In this document: one piece after another, positions 40,537 to 54,899 of the stretch
How the letters are laid out: every line of letters begins with the position of its first letter
Numbering within the stretch: the stretch's first letter is position 1
NCBI GenBank assembly: GCA_951406725.2
Contig: OX597830.1
Coordinates: 44,764,001-44,828,000, forward strand
DNA: 64,000 bases
From: Octopus vulgaris
Taxonomy: Eukaryota
Reading direction: 5' to 3'
Notes under the pieces: model-generated
What the model saw: the letters and a program-made list of their open reading frames with translations, nothing else
Database searches by the model: none
What the model was told of the DNA's origin: nothing
Translations under genes and position numbers: made by a program

Positions 40537-40646
40537 CATCATCATCATCATTATTATCATTATTATTGTTTTTGTTGTTGTTGTTGTTATTATTATTATT
40601 TTTATTGTTGTTGTTGTTGTTATTATTATTATTATTGTTGTTGTTG

Positions 40647-40701
<55 letters not shown>

Positions 40702-40703
40702 CC

Positions 40704-41064
40704 CTCTATATATAAACGGCAAAATGTCTGTATGTGTACTCTTTATACAAATCCACAATTTTTCAGTAAGAGGGCTCGCACTTTCTATGGCCATTCAAAA
40801 CCGTCCAAGGGTGGTCGTGCAGATCTTTAAATTTCCCCAGTCACCCCGCAAAGCCATTAAAAAATCAATAGAAGTGACATTTTGGGGAATTTTCTATCCA
40901 AAACCCAATCAAAATACCCGAAACTTGATACGCCAATTAAATGCCAGCTAGCTGTATGTGATTGGTCGGAGATTTGGACAGTACTCGCGTGTATGTTTGC
41001 ACGCACGCAGCTGTATATGCATGCACTAGCACTATGACCCGATGTTGCCGGGTTGTAGTGTTAG
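40704..41064 (+). mobile_element. Non-autonomous Helitron-like element (same family as 9822)
   Basis: 5' tctatatataaacggcaaaatg; 3' hairpin ctagcactatgacccg...cgggttgtagtgTTAGt. Confidence 0.7.
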
Positions 41065-41317
41065 TTATTATTATTATTTTTTTTTTTTTCTTCTTTCAAA
41101 TTTACTTCCATTTCTTGCCGAGTGTCTTCCCGACTCCTAGGGCAAAGAAACTCATAGTATACATTGGTAGGCCATTAAACCAAACTCAATAGTTCGTTCA
41201 TTTGTTTTGTTTTTTTTAAGTTAAATTAAAATACATGAGCAGCAACAGTTCTCACATCGACAATGCTCTTCTCAATACGTGTGATTTAACTGGTCTTAAC
41301 ACGAACCGCGCCATTTC

Positions 41318-41413
<96 letters not shown>

Positions 41414-41414
41414 G

Positions 41415-41455
<41 letters not shown>

Positions 41456-41519
41456 CATCATTATTATTATTATTACATCTTTACCCAATACTTCTATCAA
41501 ATTATTATTCTCATTAAAA

Positions 41520-41740
41520 ATAGCTGCGAGCTGGCATAATCGTTAGCACAATGTGCAAAAAAAATGGTTAGCACCATTTCATCTGTTTTTACATTTTCAG
41601 TTCAAATTTCGCCGAGGGCCATTTCGCCCTTTATCCTTTTAGGGTCGATAAAGTACGTGCCAGTTGAGTACTGACGGCGATATCATCCTCTTAGTCCCTC
41701 CCACAAATTTTCAAGCTTTGTATCTCCAGCAGAAAGTATA
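41520..41740 (+). mobile_element. tRNA-derived SINE (family of 20515)
   Basis: gctggcataatcgttagc...cagttcaaattt..ctttatccttttagggtcgataaagta. Confidence 0.75.
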
Positions 41741-41843
41741 ATTTCTCATTAATCTACACAATAAAACACTTCACCATAAAAGCACCCCATCACAGTTATG
41801 AAAACCGAAAAAAAACGTTCATTTATCTGTTTTATTCATTCAG

Positions 41844-42074
41844 GAAAATGTCCCGTGGATTTCGTTTACAACGGTTATCTTCCTTCTAACAATGATTTGG
41901 GTATCACTTATACTCAGAATTATACACAGTGTTTCAAAAAATGTGAAGCGGAACCAAAATGTCAGTCATTCGAATACTCCTTGGACACAACAGAATGCCG
42001 AACGTCAGCTGCGAATCATACTACCATGAATTTGAAGTTCTGGGGAAGTGAACTTTACGCTGATATAGACAAAA
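41844..42074 (+). CDS. Gene copy B exon 4: PAN/apple-like domain 2
   Basis: Acceptor ttttattcattcag and consensus donor gtaagt; 231 nt, phase 1-1; NYTQCFKKCEAEPKCQSFEYSLDTTEC. Confidence 0.9.
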
Positions 42075-42189
42075 GTAAGTGCAGATTTGTTTTATGATGC
42101 TAGGGACTTTCAGTCACATTCTGATTAGACAATGTGAAGGCGTATGTCTTAGTTCTCTGATTAGACAGAGTTGTTCACATATTTGGCAG

Positions 42190-42400
42190 AGGATTGCAAG
42201 GTTGTGTGTTCAATTCCTGGCGACGCGTTGTATCTTTGAGCAAGACACTTTATTTGACGTTGCGTCAGTCCACTCAGCTGTCAAAAGTGAGTAGTACATT
42301 ATTTCAAAGACCCAGCCTGTGTCACGCTGAATCTCCTTGACATTTACGTTAAGGGTACACGTGCCTGTGGAGTACTTAGCAACTTGCACATTAATTTCAT
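42190..42400 (+). mobile_element. SINE fragment; 3' half shared with the repeat at 63420-63757
   Basis: B-box-like gttcaattcc, tgagcaagacact core, and tgtgtcacgctgaatctcc..acttgcacattaatttca shared with 63580-63695. Confidence 0.65.
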
Positions 42401-42408
42401 ATATATGC

Positions 42409-42513
<105 letters not shown>

Positions 42514-42614
42514 TGTGTATATAGATAGATAGATATTATTTTTATTATTATTTGATTGGACGCCACACATCCTATTTATCTTATTATTTTTGATGCGACT
42601 CTACCCTATGCTGT

Positions 42615-42646
<32 letters not shown>

Positions 42647-43267
42647 ATCCTTCCTCTAATTCCTTTTTCTCCCCTTTACCGTTTTCTTTCTATCTGTCTC
42701 TCTCTCCCTCTTTACCTTTTACTCTCTCTCTCTCTCTCTCGTTGCTCACACGTGACCATCGTCCATCTTTTTTCCTCACATGATCATTTTTCTTTTCTTT
42801 CAGGGCTGTCGTAGAGACTGCACGTATCCTATCTGTCTCTCTCTTCTATCTTTTCTCTTGTCAAAGAAACTATTTCTCCAGCGTTCGCTATTTTACCTTC
42901 GTCTCATCTAACAACCCTCCATGTTGTTTTCGTTCAGTTTCCTTGTACGTCTCAACTCTCCTGTTTTTGTTACCAGCCTTGACCCCCCCCGCAAACCCCA
43001 AATTTCATTTTGGTACTTATGAGAGCAGCTGCCTTCGAAGATTCATATTGTCGTTCAATGCTCGAAATGAGAAGATGAACAGCCGACAACTGATGAAGGG
43101 TCGTTCTTTATGTTACGTGTTCTGTTTTCCATTTTTTTCAGTTGTTGTTTGCGTATTCAACTCTTTTGTTTTCGGATTTCCTGTTGTTTACGGTTTGTGA
43201 CGTCCTGTACCCATATATGCATATATAATTATATATATATATATATATACATACATACATACATACA

Positions 43268-43337
<70 letters not shown>

Positions 43338-43341
<4 letters not shown>

Positions 43342-43569
43342 GTTGGTGCATAATTATTGCGGCTTTTTTCGACAAATTTTATTCAACAAAAACAATAACA
43401 ACGTGAAACAAAAACAAGTTTAAACGATTCACCATATTCTCCATCTACTTCAACTACCACTTCCCATTTGCTTGGCAGACCGTCAGACCGTCATTTAAAG
43501 CTGTTTTTCTTGTTGATTTGTTGAATAAAATTTGTTGAAAAGAGCCGCAGTAATTATGCACCAATCCAA
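43338..43569. mobile_element. 232-bp mariner-derived MITE
   Basis: TIRs ttgggttggtgcataattattgcggct / agccgcagtaattatgcaccaatccaa (Hsmar1-like), flanked by TA. The interior encodes a transposase C-terminus (LPSKWEVVVEVDGEY) on the minus strand. Confidence 0.9.
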
Positions 43570-44147
43570 TATTATTTATATTATTATTTGATTGAACGTC
43601 ACGCATCCATTTCCAAGTATATATATGAGGTTTTGAGGCTTTGCATGCTGACTACTTGATAAATTCTTATAAAGATTTTATCCTATTTTAAATTTTAAAT
43701 TTTACCGAATATATTCAGTGCTGAATTATTCTGAATGTACACGTGTACCGAAATATAATTCGAAAAACCCACCTCTTACATAGATACATACTAGTTAACA
43801 ACTTTAATGTGCTACGTTGGATACATTTGGTGTTCGTCTGGTATGTCGATTTTTGTTCATTTTTATGTGCCTTGATTATACTTGCACTGACGGTTATAAA
43901 GTGCATTTTGTGCACTAATTGAAATCATATGATATGCAGCTGAATCTGTTTTTAAGGAGCTCGCTTCAAGTGTTGCACTCCCTCGCGTTCGGTACAATAT
44001 ATTTATTATGGTAGTTTTGACTTTAAAGGGATGAATTATAATTTTTCCCTTTTTTAGGATTTTAACGTTGACTACTTGATAAATTCTTACAAATATTTTA
44101 TCGTATATATATATATATACACACATACATACATATACACACACACA

Positions 44148-44199
<52 letters not shown>

Positions 44200-45028
44200 C
44201 ATATACATATATATATGCATGTATGTATAAGCATGTGTTTATGTGTTTATGTGAATATATATATACATGTACTTTGTGTGTATCAGTATATAGTTTTTAT
44301 ACATGTATACACATATGGGTTCGACTAAAAGACAGTTTCGCGTTAGAGGAAAAGTAGCATCCCCACAAGGCCACACCACCCAGTGCCGTGTTGACACACG
44401 ACCAACAATGTGGTGAGGATTTCTCCCCCCTTATAATATTGGGGAACAGACCCTGGCCAGCGGGACAGATGTAGTCAACACCCAGCCATAACCACCGGAA
44501 TGGGTTCGAAGGCTAGAAGCACATCTAGCTCGGCTGATTATTTCCTACTTTAGCTTATATTTCTTGTTTTTATCATTTATATCCCATATTAAACTGCTTA
44601 AGCTGGTGCTAGCTATTTTATTTTTGACTTTAAAGGTGCGTTCATGGTAGGCTATTCTGCTCTTTATGTAATTTTAAGTGGATCCTATGTAGTAATAATT
44701 TTGTCCTTCAGATTCTACCTCACACCTATAAATTAAATTTTTGTATTTGCACAAGTTTTGTAACGACAATGGTTTTTAAATTTACAATCGGTACGTTCAT
44801 TTTCAGTTTCCCTTTTAATAGAGCTATGCTCATTTTCCCCATCTATAGTGTTATTTCCATTTTGTTTATCTGTAATGTTTTGATTCGTAACCATAGGTTC
44901 TTTCTTTTGGCTCCTCCAATTCTTATTTGTTTTTATATTTGGTATTTATATATATTTTGTGTTCATTACTTCTGTTATAATTATTTTCATATTTTTTGGT
45001 TTATTGCTAATGTTATTACTTTTATTTC

Positions 45029-45094
<66 letters not shown>

Positions 45095-46038
45095 GTGTTT
45101 TTTTCTCATTTTAGGTTACGAGCTTAAATTTTTTCCTATCCAATTGGTGGACATTGCGGGTTACCTCCTTTCCTTTACGAGTTGTATTTTCCAAATTTTG
45201 CTTTATTTTCAGCAACATTATGATCAACAAGCAGTTTATCAGGACTGTTCTTACCTCTATTATTATAGAAATCATTCAGTATTTTATTATTCAGTGCAGA
45301 TATAATTTATGCAATGCTTTTTAAATCTCAAAAGCCGACTATTAGGCTGCATGCGTTTATTATCTTATGCTATTTATTTTCTTGCGCAAGATGTCTGGAT
45401 ACAGCTTCATCATAGAACAGTTTAACTAAAATGGTTTTAATTTGTTTATCAAATGGAATTATTAGCCACAAAAAAATTAGCTTCGTTAGAATTCCTATTA
45501 AAATAATCTTATTGTAGGTTTATTGCATTTATATATGGGGTGTAGCATTTTATTGTGTTTTTATGGGCCCTTTTTGCCATTTGTGTCAGTATCTCAATAT
45601 CAGCTTTCCTTATTTCATTGGGCCTTTTTAAGCGTCAGCCAGCCATGTACATGCGATATATTCATCTCTTTTCTTCTTTCAAGAAATACCTGTGCTTGAC
45701 GCTTTTTAATGTGTGGAAAAGTTTTACACAGAACTAATACCACTCTGTAAACTACAAAGCATGATCCAAAAAGAAGAGCAAGTCGACATCACTGGAGGTA
45801 TTTGCAGTCGCAGGTTTTATAGCAGAGTATCCTCCCAGTCCTTGACTGATCAAAGGCTAACCTCAAGACAGCGGTGAAGGATTTCACTTCAGAGTTACCT
45901 TCTCCTAGATTACCTTCACAAAAGCTTTGTTAAATACTGTAACTCCATCCACTCCTTATATATTTATACAAACACACACACACACAAATGTATAGAATAT
46001 GCTTTTTTCTTTTTCTTTTAAATATAAATGAAATTAAA

Positions 46039-46074
<36 letters not shown>

Positions 46075-46324
46075 AAACGAAGGATATATAAAAGGAATCA
46101 TTCATAAATATGTATAAATATGTTATATGTTATATATATGTATGTACGTATGTGTGTATAGATATAAAATTGCGAATATAATAAAATGTAGTAGAATGGA
46201 ATAGAATATGAAAAGAATGAGAATATAAAAATGTTATATATGTGTATAGATATAATATATAGAATATAATAGAACGTAATAGATTGTAACAGAATATGAA
46301 AATATATAAATCTTTAAATCTTTA

Positions 46325-47425
46325 AAATGTTTCAGCGTCAAAGCTGCGGTCATTCTGGGAGACCACCTTTGAATGAGCTACACCATTATCTAAAACCTCC
46401 TCTGATATGTGGCATTTGATCAATGAAAGAGTTTGATGCCGCTGCCCTCATCTGTGAGGTAGGCTTATCCGGAACCCTTGAGAGGAAGAGATCCATTTTC
46501 ATTTTGAAGGCACCTACATCCACACCATGTAGGTCTCTCGGGCATTTTGAAAGGGAATTGAAGAGCTGTGGGCCTTTGAAGCTCAAGCTGTTGCAGTTTC
46601 TGGTCCTGTATATTGAAGGCAGTATACAGTGACGCACCGTTCTGCGGTTTGAGTAACTTTCAATACCAAAGTTTGGTGCAAGGCCTTCCAGGATTTTCCA
46701 GATGAATTCCACTGCGTATATTTCCCGCTTTCGCGCTAGGGAGAAGAGTTTTAATTCTTTCAATTTTTCCCAATAGCTGATACGTTGCATTTAGACGATT
46801 TTATTAGTGTAGCTTCGGTAGATTGCTTCAAGTTCCTCTGTGAATTTTATATTGTGTGGTGACCATATTCCGGAGCAGTAGTCAAAGCGGCTGAGGAGGT
46901 ATGTCCTCCAAAGGGCCATCAATGTCTCCTTTTCTCTTGTTTTGAAAGTTCAGATGATCCATCCAGCTATCCATCTGCATTTTATTATCACATTGGTAAT
47001 ATTCACTGGAAAAGATGCATTATTGCTCATGTCAATGCCGAGGTGTCGCACCGATTTGATTCAGGGATTTCAATTCCTTCCGGGCCAGTGTACCCTGTCT
47101 GCATGTCGTTTAGCTTCGTGTGCTGGTAGCGTAGGGACTTGAATTTTCCTGTATTAAACTGCATGTTGTTGTCCAACTGTATATTGCGTGCAATTCTCGT
47201 TACAGATGTGCAATATTTCCAGGGTTTTGCATTGTCTGAGACTTTTGTGTCATCTGCCTAGCCAGCAAGGGTGGCTTGCTATCTGAGCAGCTGTGTGCAT
47301 GTTTGAGAGGGCCACTATGGATAGCTGTGGCCCCAAGACAGTACTCTGTGGAACACCATTTATTATTTGAGTTTCCTTGGCGGTGGCTCCGTTGGCCACC
47401 ACTGCCTGACATCTATCTTTTAGAT
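46325..47425 (-). mobile_element. 5'-truncated CR1/L2-like LINE, same family as 23465-27400
   Basis: GVPQSTVLGP; ISYWEKLKELKLFSL..KGPQLFNSL..FKMKMD. The 3' end aligns with 23470-23750. Confidence 0.88.
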
Positions 47426-47610
47426 AGTCGTGCAATCACTCTAGTGATTTTAGTTTTGATCTTCTATGCAAATGAAGATATTTGCTTCGTTTTGCTGCTG
47501 TTATTTCTACGAATGAGAAAATACATTGCGGAACTGTTATTTTAACGAGTTGTATCTATTTATCACTCACTGTGATGCACCTGCACTGCCAGACACTATT
47601 GAACTAGTTA

Positions 47611-48903
47611 CGAGGGGCGTTCAATAAGTAATGCCTCTGACCCACTTGCAGTTGTTTGATCTAGCTGAAATTTTGCATGTGCAATTATTTATATGTCTAT
47701 GGATTAAGTGGTAAATTACAGCTCTGAACTAATTGTGGTTTCTGATTTACAGGTGTTTGAACCGAGTCAAGTGTGAAATGGAGCCTGTTGAATGTCGAGC
47801 AGTGATCCGGTTTTTGTATTTGAAAGGACGCACACCACGGGAGACTTTTGACGAAATGAAAGTAACTTATGGTGATGATGCCCCATCATATGACCTTGTA
47901 AAACGCTAGCATCGTGAATTCAAACATGGTCGGGACTCTGTGGAAACAGCTCCCAGATCTGGTCGCCCCCCTACTGCCATTGATGAGGCATCTGTCATAT
48001 CAAGTTGAGGCTGCCATTTTGGAAGATCGACGCATAACTATTCGCCAAATAGCCCATGAGGTCAAGATTAGTACCCGGTCTGTGGAAACCAATCATTCAT
48101 GACCATTTGCATATGCAAAAGGTGTCTGCCAGATGGATTCCCAGGTTGCTCACACCTTTCCAGAAGCAAGAACGCGTCGAGTGCTCGAGGATGAATTTGG
48201 AGATGTGCCAAGAAGATGAGTCAAAAATTTTCAAAAGACTGATTACACAGGATGAAACGTGGGTCCATCACTATGATCCAGAGACAAAGCCCAGTCAATG
48301 CAGTGGAAGCACAGTGACTCACCTCCTCCAAAGAAGGCAAGGGTGCAGCCCTCCGCTGTCAAGGTCATGCTCACAGTCTTCTGGGACCAGGAGGGAGTAG
48401 TGATGACAGATTTCCTGGCAAAGGGTACCACAATTATAGGAGCCTATTATGCTTCACTTTTGAGGAAATTAAGAGAAGCTATCAAAATCAAGAGGCAGAG
48501 CAAAATCAGCAAAGGCATCCTCCTCCTGCAGGACAACGCTCCGGTCCACAACTCGATGGTCGCCAGATCAGAAGCACAGGCGTGCGGCTATGAAATCCTC
48601 CCCCATGCCCCTACTCTCTTGACCTTGCACCCTCGGATTTTCACCTCTTCCCAGCCATGAAGTTGTTTTTGAAAAGAAAGCGTTTCCCAGATAATGCAGC
48701 CTTGATTTCTGAAGTCACGTCATGGATGGAGGACCAATCTGGGGTCTTCTACAAAAACGGTCTCCAGAGCTGCATCAAACGATGGGAGAAATGCGTAACT
48801 CTGGGTGCTTCCTATGTAGAAAAAGACTAATAACTGTGCCAAGTTTCGTTGCTCTACTGCTATGGGAAGTGGGTCAGGGGCATTACTTATTGAACGCCCC
48901 TCG
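47611..48903 (+). mobile_element. Full-length (1293 bp) mariner, irritans-like, with a pseudogenised transposase (47778-48830)
   Basis: TIR cgaggggcgttcaataagtaatgcc / ggcattacttattgaacgcccctcg, TA on both sides; RSGRP, ARWIPRLL, TQDETW, LQDNAP; one stop and frameshifts. Confidence 0.95.
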
Positions 48904-49011
48904 TAAGTGTCCCACTCATGAAAGGTCCATGCTAGATGTGTCGAAACAATTGTCGTGATTAATAATTTAAATTCTCGTATATACTCCATCTTCCGTTTTT
49001 CATCTACCATA

Positions 49012-49080
<69 letters not shown>

Positions 49081-49400
49081 AGAATATAAAAAGGAATATA
49101 AAAATAGAAACATATAAAAAGCAATTTGAGAATATACAAGATATATATATTCTGCACGCACACAAACACACACACACACACACATGTACACACGTTGATG
49201 AATGGCCGTTGAATACTCATTAGTTTCTCCTCCATTTCCAGGATCCTACTTTTTGCCCTGTAGTGTGTCTAACAATCACCCTCCTCTTGGTTGGATTGCC
49301 TGTTTACTCGCCGACAATCCGATCATGTAACAGTGTGTACTCGGCTACATGTGTTACCAGCAGCGTTCAAGAGCGTCCAGTGTCACTCGAGAGCGACCGC

Positions 49401-49494
<94 letters not shown>

Positions 49495-49759
49495 ACGGAG
49501 TGTTGCGAAAAGCAACACCTGCCAAAATACAGGAGTTGAAAGTTGGGTGAATGAATGTTGGAAGGAAAATCGATGTTCTGCCCCAAGAACTCTACTTTTG
49601 TATGCCACACTTGTTTGGAAACCTCTTGACATATATTTACCAGAACTGGCAGCACAACAGAAGAATACTTTGAGTCGAGCAGTGCTAGCGTCGCTGAGAA
49701 GTGACCCAAACAACAGGAATCTCGTGATAATTTTCGGACCATAACTCTACTGAACGCAC

Positions 49760-50660
49760 TGACACCAGGCGCACTGAGGTGATCACCATTGCTTTAAGGG
49801 ACAACGAGGCAGTGATGACAACAAAAATCGTTCTGCAGATCTGTACCTAGAGATGCTCGTCGATCAGTCCAGCAGCGTAATTGTACACTGAATAAATTGC
49901 TCGGGACCCAGTTTGGCCCAGGTCTCCAAGTAGAGAAGAACTGGGTCGAGCAGGGTGACCTGTCTTACTCGGGAATCGACCCAGAGGAAGTTATCCCTGA
50001 AAGGTGGAGCAGAGGTGCCGAATGCTTACAACATTCCCATCATATTATCGCTTGAACATCGTGCCATACCCCGTTTCTCGCTGTAACAGATTGAAGAGAC
50101 TCCTTTTCTGCTTTCTTTGAAAAGGACACATTGTACTGTTCAAGCGCTCTATCGGTTGTGAGTACTCACTAAGCGGAGGGCTGGGTATACACTGAAGCTG
50201 CGACATCTCCAGGGTTTCCTTGGCGCTCAACAAGTGTGGTCGCAGTTTGTCAGATTCATTTTTCCACAGCTCTCTTTGGTAGAATCACAGTCAGGTAGAA
50301 TCAAGCATATACTAAGACAAGTTTTCTGACACATCTAGAGTGTAGACAGAAGCTCTCAACCCTCTGCTAGTCAACCAATACGGAAGTTCCTGTTTGATGT
50401 TCTACAGATGGTTTGTTGTAGGAAAGAGCGACGGTGTCGTTGGGGAGGCTCTGGGTATCGACAAACGTTAAGTAGCTGATTTCTTTCATTTGGGGCCCGA
50501 GGCTCATCGATAATTTCCAGAAATCATTGGCTATGCTACCAGTAGACATTGCCGGCTCGATATAACCTCTACAAATTACATAGAAACACTATGAGTTGGG
50601 TCAGCTTGAGATGTGCCCAGGCCAACGAAAGTGTTCTGCACAAAATATTGGTTTTCCTAC
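49760..50660 (-). mobile_element. Possible highly decayed LTR-retrotransposon (integrase-like) fragment
   Basis: Weak: SQPIERLNST resembles the integrase ..ER.N.T motif; GC content is higher than the flanks. Confidence 0.3.
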
Positions 50661-51702
50661 ATCGATGCGGTCTAAAAAGGTTTGATTGAGATGTTAAAAC
50701 TACCTGTAACATCCTAGAACTTTTCTAAAAGTCTGCTCTCCCTTCATAACTGAGGACTTGTGTCAATACTAGAAATAACTGATAACTGATAATAAATAAC
50801 ACAACATATATTAAAGAAGTAATGATTTCTTATATAAAATTATCTTATATAAGTTGGGAAGTTGATTTATTAAAGAGATTAGGATTTCTTGATTAATATT
50901 AAAGAAATCATTAATGATATCATATCCACGAGAGAAATAGAAAACTATTTTATTTTTATTCCATTTTAGAACTTTGGAATGATTTCAAACAGTCCCTTAC
51001 ATTCGAGAAGATTAACTCTGTAGGATGTGGTTTAAGAATTTTCCACTTTTATTATTTCGTTGACAGTAAGACCAATTTTTATTGTTTATTTATTGTGTTC
51101 TTTGTTTCTGTTTTTTGTTCTTCATCTTTAATTCATTGATCTCTAGTTCTTACCTAAAAAAATGAAGATATTAATAATTGTATCTTTCTTTCTCATCGCA
51201 TTATTATTTCTACTTAGTCTTAATTCTTATTTAAATAGGTTAGCAGTGAATTAATAATTGATAGACTTGCAAATGATCTACAAATTCATTTAAAATCTGG
51301 TAGATGGATTAATATTAATCCTGGTTGTCATTAAAAATCTGAACACACTTCATTACTAACTTGCTCAGAAATACTGGTAATATGAGAACCACTCTACCTC
51401 CGAGATAACCAGCTACATATCCCTTCTCCTTCTCCCATCATACATGCTATTTCACCAGCCAGATCCCTCGTCAATTATTATTTCCAATCCTTCCTTTCTA
51501 GATTATGCAACATTCAGGAACTCACTCCCCACTCACACTAAGCTAAGGATATACAAACGGAACATTAATAATATCGATATATCGAATCAATAGTCCCTAT
51601 CTATTCGTTTCCCTTGTACCTTGTCAATGAAGAGAAATAATTTAATTTATGTTCTTATATTTTTTATGTTTCCTCTTTCCTTTTTTTCTACTTCTATTGC
51701 AG

Positions 51703-51893
51703 TAAAAGAAGTTAGTAACTTGACTGCTTATTCAACTTTTTCCTTCAAACAAAATCCATATCACAACCTGATAACCGAGGCTCAAATGGATGCTCACTCG
51801 GTTCTGGATTGTTCACATTTATGTACGGTATCTTCTTCATGTATCGCCTTTTCATATACTAACACTAAGTGCGTACTAAAGAAACTGATCTGA
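51703..51893 (+). CDS. Gene copy B terminal coding exon: PAN/apple-like domain 3
   Basis: Acceptor cttctattgcag, phase 1; SVLDCSHLCTVSSSCIAFSYTNTKCVL; stop TGA at 51891-51893. Confidence 0.9.
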
Positions 51894-52008
51894 ATTTTAT
51901 TGGAATTCACCCCAAAATTATTTACTTCTCAATGAAATGTGAGCAAGACTCCAACGGGTCACGTTTGCTAATAATAATTATATAAGATAAAATGTGTATT
52001 TCCTTATC

Positions 52009-52014
52009 AATAAA
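52009..52014 (+). terminator. Candidate polyadenylation signal of gene copy B
   Basis: AATAAA ~115 nt after the stop codon, followed by a T-rich tract. Confidence 0.5.
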
Positions 52015-53969
52015 ATCAATTTAGTTCAGATAATTCTTTTGTTAATTTATATTTATTGCTAACGTTTTTCGTTTTAAATTAGTCTTCTCTTAGAAATCCA
52101 TTCACACATTGGGATATTTATTAAATTTACCAGAGTACTAATGAAGCAATTGGGTATTATTTTATCGACCTTCAAAGAATGAATCGCAATAAAAACCTGA
52201 ACAGCATTTGATCTCAAAACATAACGGTCTTAACAAAATATCAGAAGCAGTCAAACCGAATCTTTAACGCTTCTTACCCATCATCTAAATAATATATGAG
52301 ATAAAATAATTGCATTTGATTGATTTCTCTTAAAAAGTGAAATCATTTAATATTCAAGCTAAAAAATAATGATCAAAGTAACATCGAAAAATTTTCTGAA
52401 GAATATGGTAAACAGTTTATAAGAACCAATGTTCGTCTATTCCAGTGTAAGAAAGCACCGAAAATTTTAGGTTAATTTTTGAGTTTCAGCTCTGGTCTCT
52501 TTAAGCAGGTAATTCTAAACTAATTTTATCGAAATTTACAAAGCCAAATTAAAATTAAAATCTTTCTTTTTTCTCGTTGGACGAAATTTTGCGTCTCAGC
52601 AACTTACTTGCTTATAACGTTGGTAGAGGTTAAATGAAAATATGAAATCTTTTACACGAGAAACGAAATTTACTAGAAATTCCGTCATTATTGAAATGTT
52701 ATGCTTAACAGTGAAAAATGAATTGAAATACTGACCATAAATGTCGTAAAATTGTTCGTTTTGTTTTCACCGGTTATCATATAAATTGATATTGGATTCT
52801 TTGTTTATAGTTTAGTAAAGAGTGGAGGTGGCATTTGCAAGATTTTACGGATTAGTGAGATCGATACGGTTAATGTTTAGTTTTAAGATTTGTGTGTTCA
52901 CAGAGATTGAATTTCAGCGGATTAATGTTCTGGGTCAGTGCCGACTCAATCGTTTTGTTGTAGCTTAGACAGCATTAGTTAAAAAATCTCTAAGTATGCA
53001 CAAAGACTTTATATAGACATTAATTTGAGTTTTAATTTAATAAATCAAATGTAAAGTCAACCTCTCAATGTGATTGAACTGTCACAAATAAATAAAAAGT
53101 TACATGAAAGATGGTACCATCAGTTACAAGTTATGAAAATACAAACTACGTGAAGGCATTTCTCTTTTCGGTGTTTCATAATAATTGGGCATAAATTGTG
53201 CTGTTTGGGGGCTATTACAGAATTCTTGAGATGAGATTTGATCATCCACAATTTGAAAAAGTATTCATTCATAGCGTATCGTGTTACATTTACAGGCAGC
53301 AGTTCGTTCCATTCAAACGAGGAATCCATAGAGAGATTCAAAAACTCAAGTAAATCGGTCAATGAGCTCAAAATGTGTCACTTCCACCCGATGAGTCGCT
53401 TTGCACAGCGGAATTCGGATCTTTTCAAATTTGTGGCCAGGACCCCAGATCTTTCTAGTTAACTAAATAATTTGAAACTTTGTGTACTCATAGAGTGGAA
53501 CTAGTTTATTCGCCAGTTGGAACTAGTTTATTTGAGAAAAATCTATTTTATGACTTTAATCGTAGATTAAAACTGCGAATTTTAACCAATGAGATTGCTT
53601 GTTTTTATATCTAAAACGTTACTGCGATCTGTTAGTGTGACGTTGAAAGCAGTTTTGTGACGTAGTTGAAGACGGCTTATAAGCACGTCTGCTATTTCTA
53701 AAAAGCTTTGTGTGTGGTAAAGTAATTTTTTTACTTTACCATATTTTTATAAACTATATCGGAGAATCCATATTTTTATAACATATATCGGAGAATCCAT
53801 GTGATTTTTCGTTGTTTTTCTCTTATACGTATGTGAATTATTTCTGAGTATGCATTGTCTGGGAGACTTTTTCTTGCAGTTGAGAAATTTTTGGCTGCTA
53901 TTTCTAAAAAGCTTGGTGTGTGGTTAAGTAATTTTTTTACTTTACCATATTTTTATAAATTAATATATA

Positions 53970-54023
<54 letters not shown>

Positions 54024-54899
54024 TTACTCGGTGTATGTGTATATGTATGTCTGCATGTGTGTGTGTATGTATGTGTGTGTGTGTGTGTAAGTATGTGTAA
54101 AAAATTACATTGAATTGGCCATACATACATACATACATACACATACACAGATACATACACACATACATTCAGGCATATACACATACACCGAGTAAAAAAT
54201 TTCAGTTATCTCTCTCTTTCACACATTACTCTCTCTGTCTCTTCACACACACTAACAGAAGCACTTCACTTACACAACATACTGTCTCCCACACCCCATC
54301 AAACACACACACACACACATGTACATCAATGCTTCCCCTAGACGGTAACTTCAAAGACAAACTTTTGTTATTAGAAGGTGGCTGACTATAGCTTGTTTAC
54401 ATTTAAGATGTTTAACACGTCACGAAATTGGTGGTCGAGACGGAGTAAATAAAATAAAGCCGAATGACGGAATATCATTGGTTAAAATTCTAATTATTAA
54501 ACAACGTTAAACTTAGAAGATACAATTCCGTTTTCATTCTGGTTTACAATTAAGTTTACTTTTGACACATTCTACCAGTATACGAAGTTTCAAATTGTTT
54601 GGTTCAGTAGGAAAAATTTGAAAAAACTGGCTTCAGAATAGAAAAGATCCCGGAATTCTGATATCAGGGTGACCAATTTCAGTGGAAATGTATCTGCTAT
54701 GAATCTGAGACAAACAATGTTCAGAAATTGGGAATTTAGAGATTAAGGTAAGTAGGCTCATCATTATACCACCATTTTATGCTGAAAATCGGTGTCGGAG
54801 CTCTAAGCAAATGTAGTTCAACATAGAAATGTTCAATAGAAATGAAGACGTGTAATAATGAGCATGCGCATTGGATACATTAATACAGACAGAGAGTTG

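Noticed and set aside
44520-45900. Possible decayed LINE on the minus strand
   Set aside because: No diagnostic motif could be read with confidence.
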